Shown: positions 18,697 to 28,952 of the stretch, one piece after another
How the letters are laid out: each line of letters starts with the position of its first letter
How positions within the stretch are numbered: position 1 is the first letter of the stretch
Source of the DNA: Bacteroidia bacterium
Lineage (GTDB): Bacteria > Bacteroidota > Bacteroidia > NS11-12g > UBA9320
DNA: 47,541 nucleotides
Direction of reading: 5' to 3'
NCBI GenBank assembly: GCA_047620825.1
Contig: JBLHOC010000003.1
Span: forward strand, 1 to 47,541
The notes under the pieces: model-generated
Told to the model about the DNA's origin: nothing
Seen by the model: the letters and a program-made list of their open reading frames with translations, nothing else
Database searches by the model: none
Translations under genes and position numbers: made by a program

Positions 18697-19446
18697 TTAA
18701 AAAAAGCTGTCTCTTTTGGTTTTGTTCCAGTATTTGACAATAATAATACCGGCAACCAAACCACCTAAGTGTGCAAAGTGGGCTACATTATCCATCGGAG
18801 AATTGCTGATTCCTCTATATAACTCGTAAACCCCGTATAATGTTACAGCGACTTTTAATTTGATTGGAATAGGAGGGAAAATAAGATATAGTACCGTGTT
18901 GGGGAACAACACATAACAGGCACCCAATATGCCAAATAGTGCTCCTGAAGCACCAACCACTGGCATGTTTACCAGGTTGTTATAAGCAGCCATGGCTGGG
19001 TCGGTATAGTTCTGATAATTTTGTAAATAGCCAAAACCATTAGCAAGCACATCTTGAATTTGAGTGGCACTTAAACTAGAAACGGCAGACTGAACTTGTA
19101 GATGGTTAACCAAGAAATGAAGCAAAGCAGCGAAAAATGCCGTCATCATATAAAACTTAAGAAATCGTTTTGGTCCCCACCGAACTTCTAACATTCTTCC
19201 AAACATAAAAAGTCCAAACATATTCATCGCCAGGTGCATAAATCCACCATGCATAAAAAAGTGGGTCAGAATTTGCCAAGCCTCAAAATGGTCTGAAGAT
19301 GGGTGAAACAAACCCAACGTTGACGATAAACTTACTCCTCTGCTGGATAAGACATAAGTCGCTAAATACATCAACCCGTTTATGATGATTAAATTCTTAA
19401 CCATCGGGGTGAGTGCATTCGGATTTGTGGAGCTATAGTGCTGCAT
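18697..19446 (-). CDS. Rhomboid intramembrane serine protease
   Basis: WQILTHFFMH, HLAMNM, GASGA, AHFAHLGG. Confidence 0.95.
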   Translation of the reverse strand: MQHYSSTNPNALTPMVKNLIIINGLMYLATYVLSSRGVSLSSTLGLFHPSSDHFEAWQILTHFFMHGGFMHLAMNMFGLFMFGRMLEVRWGPKRFLKFYMMTAFFAALLHFLVNHLQVQSAVSSLSATQIQDVLANGFGYLQNYQNYTDPAMAAYNNLVNMPVVGASGALFGILGACYVLFPNTVLYLIFPPIPIKLKVAVTLYGVYELYRGISNSPMDNVAHFAHLGGLVAGIIIVKYWNKTKRDSFF

Positions 19447-19454
19447 AAGTCGTT

Positions 19455-21263
19455 TTATTCAAATAAGTCAGCGAGTTTACTTTGTTCAAACGATACAAAT
19501 GTAAGTTTACCTGACGGTGTATATCTCGGTTGGTTGCAAGTAAATAAATCTTGCACCAAATGTTCAATTTGTTCTTGTTCCAAAACCATGCCGCGCTGAA
19601 TTCCCGCATTTCTGGCAAGGGAACGTGCCAAATTTTCACGTTTATCCAATTTCAAGGATTGCTGATTGAGTTTGTAATGTTCTAAAATACCCTCTAAAAT
19701 ATCCTTCTCTTCACCTTTACTAATATCAGCTGGAGTGCCATTGATGATGATGGTGTTTTTACCAAAAATGCTAATGTCAAAGCCCAACTGATTAATGTCC
19801 TCCATTATGACTTGTATAATTTCAAAATCAGCTTGCTGGAGCTCAACAGTTCTTGGAAAGAGCAGTTGCTGACACGAAACATCGCTAGACTGTAATTGTG
19901 AGCTGTACTTTTCAAATAGTATTTGTTCATGCGCACGTCTTTGGTCCACCAAATAAAGTTGTCTATTTACCATACAAACAATAAAACTGGAATACACTTG
20001 AAACACCATACTCACCTCCACGTTTTCAGGTTTCGACGTAAAGGGCAATTTTTCAGTTCGAGGTTCGGGTTTGTCGGGATCTACAATATCATCGCGAAAC
20101 GGTTCATAAAGTTTTTCCCAAGCCGTTTCATTTTTCTGTTTAACGGAATCACCTATAAACGGATTATAACCTGTTTTGGTTTTGATTTGGGGCGGTTCTA
20201 CGATACGCTGAAACGGGTCAACGGGTCTTTCAAATTGTGGTAGAAATGCGTTGGTATCCATTTCTGGTGTGGTATTATACCCAGAAAGTGATTTGGTGAC
20301 AACAGATTTTATTATTTGATAAATCAACCGTGATTCTTCGAACTTTACTTCCGTCTTGGTTGGATGAACATTAACATCAATCTTGGCCGGATCAATCTCT
20401 AAAAACAAAACATAAAAAGGGTGATGACCTGCCTCTATCAAATTGCTGTACGCATTTGTAACGGCATGATGGAAATAAGGCTCTTTAATAAACCGACCAT
20501 TCACATAAAAGAATTGATTTCCTCTCGTTTTTCGACCCAATTCAGGGCTACCAATAAAGCCAGAAATTTGGACTATTTCGGTGTGTTCCTCAACGGTAAG
20601 TAACTTGCCTTTATTTGACTTGAGCAAGATGTTTTCAATCCGTTGTTGAAGACCTGTGTCAGGAAGTTTATAGACTTCATTTTGCCCGTTAAAAAGGTTC
20701 ATTCGGACATCCGGTCGGCTTATGGCAATACGCTGAAATTCCTCAATGATATATTTTGTTTCGACAGAAACGGATTTCAAAAAATTTCTACGAACAGGGA
20801 TATTAAAGAATAAGTTTTTAACTGTGATGCTGGTTCCAGCAGTCATTGAAATGGGCTCTTGCTTTTTCACTTCTGAAGCCTCAATCACAATGTGACTTCC
20901 TAAAGGATCTTCTTCGCGCTTGGTTTTCATTTCAACCTGAGCGATGGCGGCAATACTTGCCAGGGCCTCACCTCTAAAACCGAACGTAGTCAGTTTAAAA
21001 AGGTCATCTGCTTTTTTAATCTTAGAAGTCGCATGACGTTCCCAGCACATACGTGCGTCAATGTCACTCATACCCTTACCGTTATCTATGATCTGTAGGA
21101 GGGTTTGACCACCATCTCTAAAAACCAATGTAATTTCTGAAGCACCTGCATCAAGACTGTTTTCGAGCATTTCTTTGACAACAGACGCAGGCCTTTGAAC
21201 CACTTCACCAGCGGCAATTTGATTGGCTATAGATTCGGGAAGTAAACGAATTAAATCAGGCAT
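19455..21263 (-). CDS. mutL: DNA mismatch repair endonuclease MutL
   Basis: NQIAAGEVVQRP, ENSLDAG, GFRGEAL, DVNVHPTK, DQRRAHEQ. Confidence 0.99.
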   Translation of the reverse strand: MPDLIRLLPESIANQIAAGEVVQRPASVVKEMLENSLDAGASEITLVFRDGGQTLLQIIDNGKGMSDIDARMCWERHATSKIKKADDLFKLTTFGFRGEALASIAAIAQVEMKTKREEDPLGSHIVIEASEVKKQEPISMTAGTSITVKNLFFNIPVRRNFLKSVSVETKYIIEEFQRIAISRPDVRMNLFNGQNEVYKLPDTGLQQRIENILLKSNKGKLLTVEEHTEIVQISGFIGSPELGRKTRGNQFFYVNGRFIKEPYFHHAVTNAYSNLIEAGHHPFYVLFLEIDPAKIDVNVHPTKTEVKFEESRLIYQIIKSVVTKSLSGYNTTPEMDTNAFLPQFERPVDPFQRIVEPPQIKTKTGYNPFIGDSVKQKNETAWEKLYEPFRDDIVDPDKPEPRTEKLPFTSKPENVEVSMVFQVYSSFIVCMVNRQLYLVDQRRAHEQILFEKYSSQLQSSDVSCQQLLFPRTVELQQADFEIIQVIMEDINQLGFDISIFGKNTIIINGTPADISKGEEKDILEGILEHYKLNQQSLKLDKRENLARSLARNAGIQRGMVLEQEQIEHLVQDLFTCNQPRYTPSGKLTFVSFEQSKLADLFE

Positions 21264-21318
21264 TCTTGAACGCTCGAAGATACTTCATTTCTGTGGTAAT
21301 TCTAGATTTGGAACAAGC

Positions 21319-21654
21319 TTAAACTTGCTTAAAACCATCAAAAATGATATCGATTGTCTTTGTGTAAAACGCTAAATAGGCCAATGATCCAAGTACCAAG
21401 GCGATAAGTATAACTCTGATTCGTGAAACCGTTTTGAGCTGTTGTGCTTTCGGGTCGATGATTTGTCTGCCCCGATTTTTAAATGCAGTTTGTATACGTT
21501 GACGAGAACCTTCAGCAGAATAATTACCTGTAACTTCAGACCTTATTCGTTCGACGCGATTGCCCAAGTCTTCTTTACGTTCATCATAGAATCGAGGGTT
21601 GTAAGTGAAACGTTTGTTTCCCCTTCTACCTATTTTAATACGTGAGAGTTGCAT
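21319..21654 (-). CDS. Small membrane protein upstream of mutL
   Basis: NKRFTYNPRFY motif and C-terminal TM helix; own promoter element. Confidence 0.75.
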   Translation of the reverse strand: MQLSRIKIGRRGNKRFTYNPRFYDERKEDLGNRVERIRSEVTGNYSAEGSRQRIQTAFKNRGRQIIDPKAQQLKTVSRIRVILIALVLGSLAYLAFYTKTIDIIFDGFKQV

Positions 21655-21658
21655 AGGT

Positions 21659-21666
21659 CAAAGGTA
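21659..21666 (-). promoter_or_regulatory. -7 promoter element TACCTTTG
   Basis: Exact TAnnTTTG, 4 nt before ATG 21654. Confidence 0.6.
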
Positions 21667-21728
21667 AGCAGACAAAGGAACATTGTCAATGGGAGTTTGT
21701 GAATGGAGGAAAAAACTTAACCAGTGGT

Positions 21729-23531
21729 TTAGGTATATTTCTTTTTACGGATCCAAGCGTTGATTAATCCGAAAAGCAATAAACCAATAATAGGCAACAC
21801 CATATTAATCACTTGCCATTTTGTTTTTTCAGATTTAACCTTGGCTTTATCCAGTAACCGTAATTGTATTTTTTTAGATCGAACTTCGATTAAATTAGAC
21901 TCATCACAGAGGTAGTCAACACAATTTAAAAAGAACTTTTTGTTGGCAAACTCTACAGGCTCATTAAACGCTTTCGAAGCATATTTGTCATAACCCAATG
22001 GGTAAACTTGCTTCCTTTCTTTGTCTGTTTGGTTCGCAATTAAATCTCCGTCCGAGATAACAATCATCGCATTTTGATCAATACTAGATTTGAATGGGAT
22101 GGCACTTTTCTCATCCCTTGCTCTTCGATGTGCGTATAGGGAACTGAACTTTCCTTCAATAAGCACAGCGGCAATGTTATCGGGATGTCTAAACATTTCT
22201 GGTGTGGGTTTTAAACCCAATAATTCCAGCGATACAGACACAGGGTTTTTAGCTATTCTACTTGTTCCTGATGATTGAAGTAGGACCGTTTTCTTCAAAT
22301 CTGGGCTTGGTAAGGTATCAATTCCAGCAGCAAACCGACCCCAAACCGATGCCATATTTCGCACAATAGGGTGCTCACCTTGTGGGGCGAAAATTGGATA
22401 AAACAACCACGGCATAAATCCAGGTTGTCCACTCGCGCCGTTTGCCAACACAGGTATTCCGTGACAATTTAGATCTTGTATCAAGGTAGGATTGATGCGG
22501 ACGCCATATTTAAACAGTAAATTATTTACGTTCAAATTATAGTCGGCTGTGTTGATTGTGCCATATTTTGCAACGCTATCCATTTCTGCGATAAGCGGCT
22601 CTGCCAACCAAACGAGTTTACCACCATTCATTACATATTGATCTAGTAAGAATAATTCTTCGTCTAAAAAACTAATTCGGGGTTTAGCGATGATTAGGGC
22701 GTTGTATGCACTCATTTGGTTCATCACACCCGTGAGGAGAATCTTTCCTGCGTCGTCGGGATTGGCTGAAATTTCAGCTAAAAACTGTTTTGTACAAGCG
22801 GTATCGGTTAGGTTGATGTTGATGTTTTCAACCGTATATAACTCGGACAGTGATTTCGTGATATCTGCAACATAAACAGGTTCAAGTTCGGCATGACCAG
22901 TCGTAAAGGCTATTTTGATTTCTCGATCTACAACGCACTTTCTAATGATATTGCCAATCTCGTATTCTAAGAGTTCAATACTTCCATTGATGTCTTGTTC
23001 TAGGGGTTGACCAAATTCACGTTTCAACAGGTTTAAAGGGTACTCTTTCCCTTTATAGTTAACCAAGCCAGCTGGTATGATAAACTTTTCGGAAGTAGCC
23101 TCATCCTGACCAATTTCAGGTCGTGTGATTTGGACACCTTTTCCATCCAATTGTTTAAGAATATCGTCTTTTTCTTTGATTGGCTTATCCGTCAGTAGAT
23201 CCTCAAAACGATAGATAATGTTACCCTTACTGATGTGCTGATACTCACTTAAAAGATCTTGAGTTGCATTTTTAAGCCGTCGATATTCTTGCGGGAACTC
23301 ACCATCAAGGAATATTTGAATATAAAGTGGTTCGTTAAGCTTCCCAACCAATTGATGCGTGGTTTCAGATAATGTGTAACGTTTCTCCTTCGTTAAATCG
23401 AAACGGCTGTAAAACATATCCGACAATATGTTTAGCACGGCAATGGTTGCAATTAATATCAGGAACTGCCACAGATGCTTCTGACGAACGCCCAATGTTT
23501 TTAGGCTGCTATTCTTCCCTTTTTTTACCAT
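21729..23531 (-). CDS. gldG: Gliding motility ABC transporter accessory protein GldG
   Basis: RFDLTKEKRYTLS, LDQYVMNGGK, ISDGD, YPLGYD, FANKKFFLN, RLLDK; overlaps gldF. Confidence 0.95.
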   Translation of the reverse strand: MVKKGKNSSLKTLGVRQKHLWQFLILIATIAVLNILSDMFYSRFDLTKEKRYTLSETTHQLVGKLNEPLYIQIFLDGEFPQEYRRLKNATQDLLSEYQHISKGNIIYRFEDLLTDKPIKEKDDILKQLDGKGVQITRPEIGQDEATSEKFIIPAGLVNYKGKEYPLNLLKREFGQPLEQDINGSIELLEYEIGNIIRKCVVDREIKIAFTTGHAELEPVYVADITKSLSELYTVENININLTDTACTKQFLAEISANPDDAGKILLTGVMNQMSAYNALIIAKPRISFLDEELFLLDQYVMNGGKLVWLAEPLIAEMDSVAKYGTINTADYNLNVNNLLFKYGVRINPTLIQDLNCHGIPVLANGASGQPGFMPWLFYPIFAPQGEHPIVRNMASVWGRFAAGIDTLPSPDLKKTVLLQSSGTSRIAKNPVSVSLELLGLKPTPEMFRHPDNIAAVLIEGKFSSLYAHRRARDEKSAIPFKSSIDQNAMIVISDGDLIANQTDKERKQVYPLGYDKYASKAFNEPVEFANKKFFLNCVDYLCDESNLIEVRSKKIQLRLLDKAKVKSEKTKWQVINMVLPIIGLLLFGLINAWIRKKKYT

Positions 23532-24253
23532 TTCCGTCGACCAAAGGATAATTTAGTTAAACCTAAAAAGAACGCTATAAACCCAATAAAATAAGTAATG
23601 TCTCTTGTGTCAACAACACCACGACTAATAGATTGATAATGAAAATCAATGCCCAGCCATTCTAAGTAATAATTTGATGTTCCTGTATCTAACAAGCCAC
23701 TTAACTGTCCCATTACAGAATACGTGACGAAACACAAAAAGGTAGACATGATGAAGGCAACAATTTGGTTTTCTGTTACTGAAGAGGCAAAAAGGCCCAC
23801 ACTCACATAACAGCCACCTAAAAATATGAGTCCTATGTAAGATCCCCACATAGCGCCAGTATCGATATTACCCACGGGGCTGCCCAACTTATGAATGGTA
23901 TAGTAATACAAAAGTGTTGGTATCAGTGCGAATAGAACAAGTGTCAATCCAGCTAAAAATTTACCAAAAATAATCTGCCAATCAGAAATGGGGTGTGTTG
24001 TTAAAAATTCTATGGTTCCAGCTTTTTGCTCTTCTGCAAATGACCTCATGGTTATGGCAGAAATCAAAAATATAAACACCCAAGGGGCCATCATAAAAAG
24101 TGTATCTAAACTGGCTTCTCCATATTCTAGCGCATTGGTGTCTTTATACACCCACATAAACAAACCGATGGCTAACAGAAAAACAGCTACAACAATGTAG
24201 GCTATAAGTGAACTTAAAAAGCTCCGGATTTCTTTTTTGAGAATACTTAACAT
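23525..24253 (-). CDS. gldF: Gliding motility ABC transporter permease GldF
   Basis: KKEIRSF, APWVFIFLISAITMRSFAEE, GTIEFL, ENQIVAF, SISRGVVDTRD. Confidence 0.96.
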   Translation of the reverse strand: MLSILKKEIRSFLSSLIAYIVVAVFLLAIGLFMWVYKDTNALEYGEASLDTLFMMAPWVFIFLISAITMRSFAEEQKAGTIEFLTTHPISDWQIIFGKFLAGLTLVLFALIPTLLYYYTIHKLGSPVGNIDTGAMWGSYIGLIFLGGCYVSVGLFASSVTENQIVAFIMSTFLCFVTYSVMGQLSGLLDTGTSNYYLEWLGIDFHYQSISRGVVDTRDITYFIGFIAFFLGLTKLSFGRRKW

Positions 24254-24254
24254 A

Positions 24255-25163
24255 TCAATTGGTAAGTGCTCTAAAAACGTTTTCTAAACTCTGTTCTTGC
24301 TCTTTTTGCTCTAATATAATGTTACCGGAATCCACTGCGAAAGCAAATATTTTTTCCTGTAAATTATAGTCTTGATCAACAGAAATCTGAAAACGATTGT
24401 CTCCCATTTCTTTAACATTGTTTATTCCCGGAATGGCTTTGATTGCTGCAGTTTTGACTGGGAGCTTGAATTGAACCACAAAAGTTTTATCCTGTTGGTG
24501 TTGATGCTGCAGATGTTCAATACTATCATCAGCTACAAGTTTACCTTGGTTGATAATAATAACACGACTGCACATCGCCTCTACTTCTTGCATGATATGC
24601 GTTGAGAGTAACACCGTTCTTTCTTCACCAATAGATCTTATCAAATTTCTAATTTCAGTAATTTGATTTGGATCCAAGCCAGAGGTTGGCTCATCTAAGA
24701 TCAAAACCTTGGGGTCGTTCATCAAGGCTTGCGCCATACCAACGCGTTGTTTATATCCTTTAGATAGTGCTCCAATTTTTTTAGTTTGTTCCCTTTCAAG
24801 CCCTGTACGTGAAATCATTTCTGCTACACGTTTTGGAACTTCTTTGTTAATTCCACAAAGATTTGCAGCGAACGAGAGATACTCTTTCACATACATATCA
24901 TAGTATAATGGATTCTGTTCAGGGAGATACCCGATCTGGCGTTTGATGGCCATATCATCCATACCAATGGTTAACCCTGAAATTTTAGCAGTTCCAGATG
25001 TTGGGGTTATAAAGCCCGTCAACATTTTCATAGTCGTACTTTTTCCTGCACCATTTGGCCCTAGAAATCCCACAACTTGTCCAGTTGGAATATCGAATGA
25101 AAGGTCATTTACGGCCCATTGTTCGCCGTATTTTTTACAAAGTTTGTTTACCTCAATCGACAT
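24255..25163 (-). CDS. gldA: Gliding motility ABC transporter ATP-binding subunit GldA
   Basis: GPNGAGKSTTMK, LSKGYKQRVG, LDEPTSGLDPNQ, STHIMQEVEAMC; adjacent to gldF. Confidence 0.93.
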   Translation of the reverse strand: MSIEVNKLCKKYGEQWAVNDLSFDIPTGQVVGFLGPNGAGKSTTMKMLTGFITPTSGTAKISGLTIGMDDMAIKRQIGYLPEQNPLYYDMYVKEYLSFAANLCGINKEVPKRVAEMISRTGLEREQTKKIGALSKGYKQRVGMAQALMNDPKVLILDEPTSGLDPNQITEIRNLIRSIGEERTVLLSTHIMQEVEAMCSRVIIINQGKLVADDSIEHLQHQHQQDKTFVVQFKLPVKTAAIKAIPGINNVKEMGDNRFQISVDQDYNLQEKIFAFAVDSGNIILEQKEQEQSLENVFRALTN

Positions 25164-25171
25164 TAATCTAT

Positions 25172-28096
25172 TTATTCAACCACTATCTTTAACGTTGCTG
25201 AACCTTTAGAATTGCCTAATAGAATTAAATAGTTCCCTGCTGGCAATTCACTCACGTTTATGTTTTGAGAGTTTTGACCTGGATACACATCAAATGTATC
25301 TGTTTGAAGAACTCTACCTGTTAAGTCTACCACCTTTGCCGTTAGCTCGTCGGTCGACATTGAACCAAAATCCAAATGCACTATGTTTTTAGCAGGGTTG
25401 GGGTAGTATGTAAGACTTAATAATTGCAAGCTTGCAACACTTAGTTTCGTAGATACCACGATAGATGCACTTCCTTCACAACCATTTTGATCGACCACAG
25501 TTACCGAATAGGTGTTGTCTGTTTTTACAACAATTGAAGGTGTCGTTTCTGTTGTGCTCCAGGTATACTTAGCATAACCAGCACCAGGCGTTAAAACAAG
25601 AGAATCTCCTATAATAATGGTAGTGTCTTTCCCTAAACTTATAGCTGGGTTTGAGGCATTGCTAACAGAAATACTGTCTGTATACGAACACAAGAATTTA
25701 TCAGTTACTTTCAACCAATAGTCGCCTGAGGTTGTAATCCGCAGTGAATCGTTGGTTGTATTGTTGTTCCACTTATACGTCGTCAAGTCCACTGGACCAA
25801 CTAAATACCGACTAGTACCTGTACATAATGCGAAATCAGCACCTAAATTGAATGTAGGCGCATCGCGTTCTACAATTGTAATTGTATCAAATGACGGGCA
25901 ACCAAAACTGTTGAACGCAGCTAAATGATATTGGCCACCAGCAAATACTCTTAAATTCTGTAAGGTGGATGCTGTATCGTTCCAGATATAACCAGATAAG
26001 GCACCAGGTCCAAGAATTAGGAAACTTGAGCCAGGGCATAAAGTATCATCGGCTCCAAGAGAAAATGGAGAAGATGGATTTGTTAAGATTGTAATGGCAT
26101 CTGAAAAGACACATCCATTAGAGTCAACCACATCTAATTTGTGGGTTTTTTCAGTCGAAGTCTTAAAGGTTTGAGCACTTCCTGCACCGTTGTTCCAGTT
26201 GTAAGATGTCATATTTACAGGACCACTTAAAGTGATACTTAATATTTCACAAATTGTTGTGTCTTTACCTAAATCAAATACAGGGTTGCTGAAAACAGAT
26301 ACAACCATAGTATCATTATAAATACAACTATTCCCATCGATACCCGTAAAATAGACCGTATCAGACTTTTTAAATGTATTGGTTCGAGCATTAGAGTTGA
26401 TATGTGTACCAGCCCATAAATATGAAATTAAATTAGAAGACCCAATAATTCGTGCTGAATCGCCGTCACAAAAACTGGTATCTTTTGCCATGTCTTCAGT
26501 CAAAAATTGATTGACTGTTACGGTAACTGTCGATGAATCTGAATCACATGCTTGATCGTCTGAAGACACAACTAATTTATAAGTTGTTGTTGTCGACGGA
26601 GCAACTCTTGGGTCAGCTTTACTACTGACTACTTTACCTGTGCTCGTATTTGTCCAAGTGTATTTCAAACCACGAATTCCTTTGGTTCCGATTGCTACGG
26701 CTAAATTGGCACAAACAGATACTTTGTCTTTAGGTAATGCTGCAGATAACTTACAACACAAGGTAGAATCAGTAACAGTTGATATCGCCGAGACACTTAC
26801 AGATCGGGTTTTTGAAGTATACCCAGTGAGCACTGAGCCGAAAGACCTACTTTGTAGGTTGAGCGTAAATGAGTTTAACGGATCCACAGTCGAGTTACAC
26901 AATGCCGTGCCGTCTTCTCTAATTTTAGTTATAAATAGGTCATCGTCCCCATTAGAATTAAATGATTTTGAAGTAGAAAGAATGACATAACCACCATCGT
27001 CCGTTGATGTGATGTCTGTTGGCCAGTGTCCATCTCTATCAGCCCCACCTAACATAACGGTGTTACCTAGAACGCCTGAACCATTGAAATCGACGAAAAC
27101 CACCTCTCGATTACCGACCATAGGCTCGGCATAACCAACAACCATAAATCCGGTGTTATTAGGCCTCAATACAATATCAAACGCACGATCTTCAGTACCA
27201 GTTGATCCTAGCGCTATAGCGTCTATTGATCCTCCGGAAGTATCACAAGTCATAATAAACATGTCATTATCACCGGTACTTACGGCTTTGGTCCAACCAG
27301 CAATGATGTATTTGTTTCTATCAACCTTAACACCCCAACCAGCATCGTCCTTTGCAGATCCATAGGTTTTCATCCATTTAAATCCGCCAATAGAGTCAAA
27401 TTTGGCAATAAAGGCATCAGAGCTTCCAGAACTACCTGACAAACCACCGTTGGTAATACTGTCGTAAGTTGTTAAGCCAGTAATGATAACATTTCCTTGA
27501 CCGTCTTCAGCCAAACCGTATGCTTCTTCATCTCCAGGGCTACCAAAGGTCCTATGCCATCTTATATTACCACCAGTACCAAGTTTAGCAATGAAACCTT
27601 GGTCACCATTAGAATCATTTTTCACGTAACCTGTGATATAATAACCATTACTATATAAAGACCTGATTATATTATAACCATCTTCTAAACTGTCAGAGGC
27701 TATAGTTCTAGCCCATTCAAATGAACCAGATTTACTCACTTTCAAGACAAGAGCGTCACCTTCGGAGTTATAAGAATTGGTTGACCCAATAACAACAAAG
27801 CCTGAATCATTGGCAATCGTTACGTTCCACCCAATATCGTCACCACTCTCACCATATGCTTTAGACCATTCTACTTGACCTAAACCATCAGTTTTAACAA
27901 GGTAAATGTCTTTTTTCCCTTTTCCATAACTTTCGGTGTAACCGACGCTAATAAAGCCCCCGTCTAATGTCTTTTCAACGGCATAACTATTTTCAGATTT
28001 TGACCCACCTATTGTTCTTTGAAACAAGTTATCTTGGGCAAAAATGGTTGTAAATAAACCAAACACCAACGTCAAGAGTCCAATTGTTTTTTTCAT
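25172..28096 (-). CDS. T9SS type A cargo: beta-propeller plus tandem Ig-like repeats (putative adhesin)
   Basis: Signal peptide ending FA-Q; blades DIYLVKTD..G...W; repeats LGKDTTIC, LGADDTLC, LGADFALC; CTD YPNPAK..DLTGR..LPAGNY..KIVVE. Confidence 0.88.
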   Translation of the reverse strand: MKKTIGLLTLVFGLFTTIFAQDNLFQRTIGGSKSENSYAVEKTLDGGFISVGYTESYGKGKKDIYLVKTDGLGQVEWSKAYGESGDDIGWNVTIANDSGFVVIGSTNSYNSEGDALVLKVSKSGSFEWARTIASDSLEDGYNIIRSLYSNGYYITGYVKNDSNGDQGFIAKLGTGGNIRWHRTFGSPGDEEAYGLAEDGQGNVIITGLTTYDSITNGGLSGSSGSSDAFIAKFDSIGGFKWMKTYGSAKDDAGWGVKVDRNKYIIAGWTKAVSTGDNDMFIMTCDTSGGSIDAIALGSTGTEDRAFDIVLRPNNTGFMVVGYAEPMVGNREVVFVDFNGSGVLGNTVMLGGADRDGHWPTDITSTDDGGYVILSTSKSFNSNGDDDLFITKIREDGTALCNSTVDPLNSFTLNLQSRSFGSVLTGYTSKTRSVSVSAISTVTDSTLCCKLSAALPKDKVSVCANLAVAIGTKGIRGLKYTWTNTSTGKVVSSKADPRVAPSTTTTYKLVVSSDDQACDSDSSTVTVTVNQFLTEDMAKDTSFCDGDSARIIGSSNLISYLWAGTHINSNARTNTFKKSDTVYFTGIDGNSCIYNDTMVVSVFSNPVFDLGKDTTICEILSITLSGPVNMTSYNWNNGAGSAQTFKTSTEKTHKLDVVDSNGCVFSDAITILTNPSSPFSLGADDTLCPGSSFLILGPGALSGYIWNDTASTLQNLRVFAGGQYHLAAFNSFGCPSFDTITIVERDAPTFNLGADFALCTGTSRYLVGPVDLTTYKWNNNTTNDSLRITTSGDYWLKVTDKFLCSYTDSISVSNASNPAISLGKDTTIIIGDSLVLTPGAGYAKYTWSTTETTPSIVVKTDNTYSVTVVDQNGCEGSASIVVSTKLSVASLQLLSLTYYPNPAKNIVHLDFGSMSTDELTAKVVDLTGRVLQTDTFDVYPGQNSQNINVSELPAGNYLILLGNSKGSATLKIVVE

Positions 28097-28368
28097 ATTT
28101 AAGTTGTTCTAATTCAAATTAACACCAGCGCGTTATGACTGGAATTAAAAGCAAAGCGCAATCTATGTATTATTCAAATACTTTAAAAAAAAGAAAAGAC
28201 CAGATTTGGTATTTTTACATTATTCAGTAAGTTAATAATAGACTTTGGTACAGGGGTTTGGGGTAACAGGCCTGTCAATACAAATTGTACTGTTATGCTA
28301 ATTAGAAGAGACAATTAGAAAGCGCGATAATTCAATTAGAGTTGCAACTGCAACAAAACAGTTCACGA

Positions 28369-28950
28369 CTATTTCGCACCTGTAAAACGACTACACAAGC
28401 TTGAACTATAAGCAGTAAAGCTTTGTAACCGTTTGCTATAACCAGTGTCTTGAATGTATTCTCCAGCTTCGCCTAATTCACGTGGCGTGTGGTGAGATTC
28501 AAACTTATTTGGTGAGCATACGGATTGACCACCTAAAAAGAAAATGAGTTTTTCAATAACCGAGGACAGTTGCATAGTAGGGAGTCTACCACCAATTCCA
28601 GAACTTACGCCTACAAAAGCGAACACTTTATTGTCGTACAAATATTTATGATCTTTCCCACTATAATGGTTGGTCATGTTTGCCAATTCTGGTGAAACTA
28701 ACCAGTTGTATTCCGGGCTCAAGATATAGACCAAATCAGCATCACCCCAAGTACCTAACAGGTCTTTTTGAAACGGGGTGGGGTTGGCTTCATCTATAGG
28801 TTTGCCATTAAAAAATGGCAAGTCATAGGCCCTGAAATCAACAACTGAACAATCGTGGTTTTGTGTCTTATGAAGCTGTTCAATAGCCTTGGCTACACGT
28901 ACAGTATTGTTCCCTTTTCTTGATGTTCCTGATAGAATTGCGACTTTCAT
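28369..28950 (-). CDS. NADPH-dependent FMN reductase family flavoprotein
   Basis: ILSGTSR, SPEYN, GVSSGIGG. Confidence 0.9.
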   Translation of the reverse strand: MKVAILSGTSRKGNNTVRVAKAIEQLHKTQNHDCSVVDFRAYDLPFFNGKPIDEANPTPFQKDLLGTWGDADLVYILSPEYNWLVSPELANMTNHYSGKDHKYLYDNKVFAFVGVSSGIGGRLPTMQLSSVIEKLIFFLGGQSVCSPNKFESHHTPRELGEAGEYIQDTGYSKRLQSFTAYSSSLCSRFTGAK

Positions 28951-28952
28951 GA

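Noticed and set aside
28300-28340. Three AATTAGA copies upstream of the T9SS-gld operon
   Set aside because: Short, AT-rich and irregularly spaced (13 and 21 bp); not a CRISPR and plausibly chance
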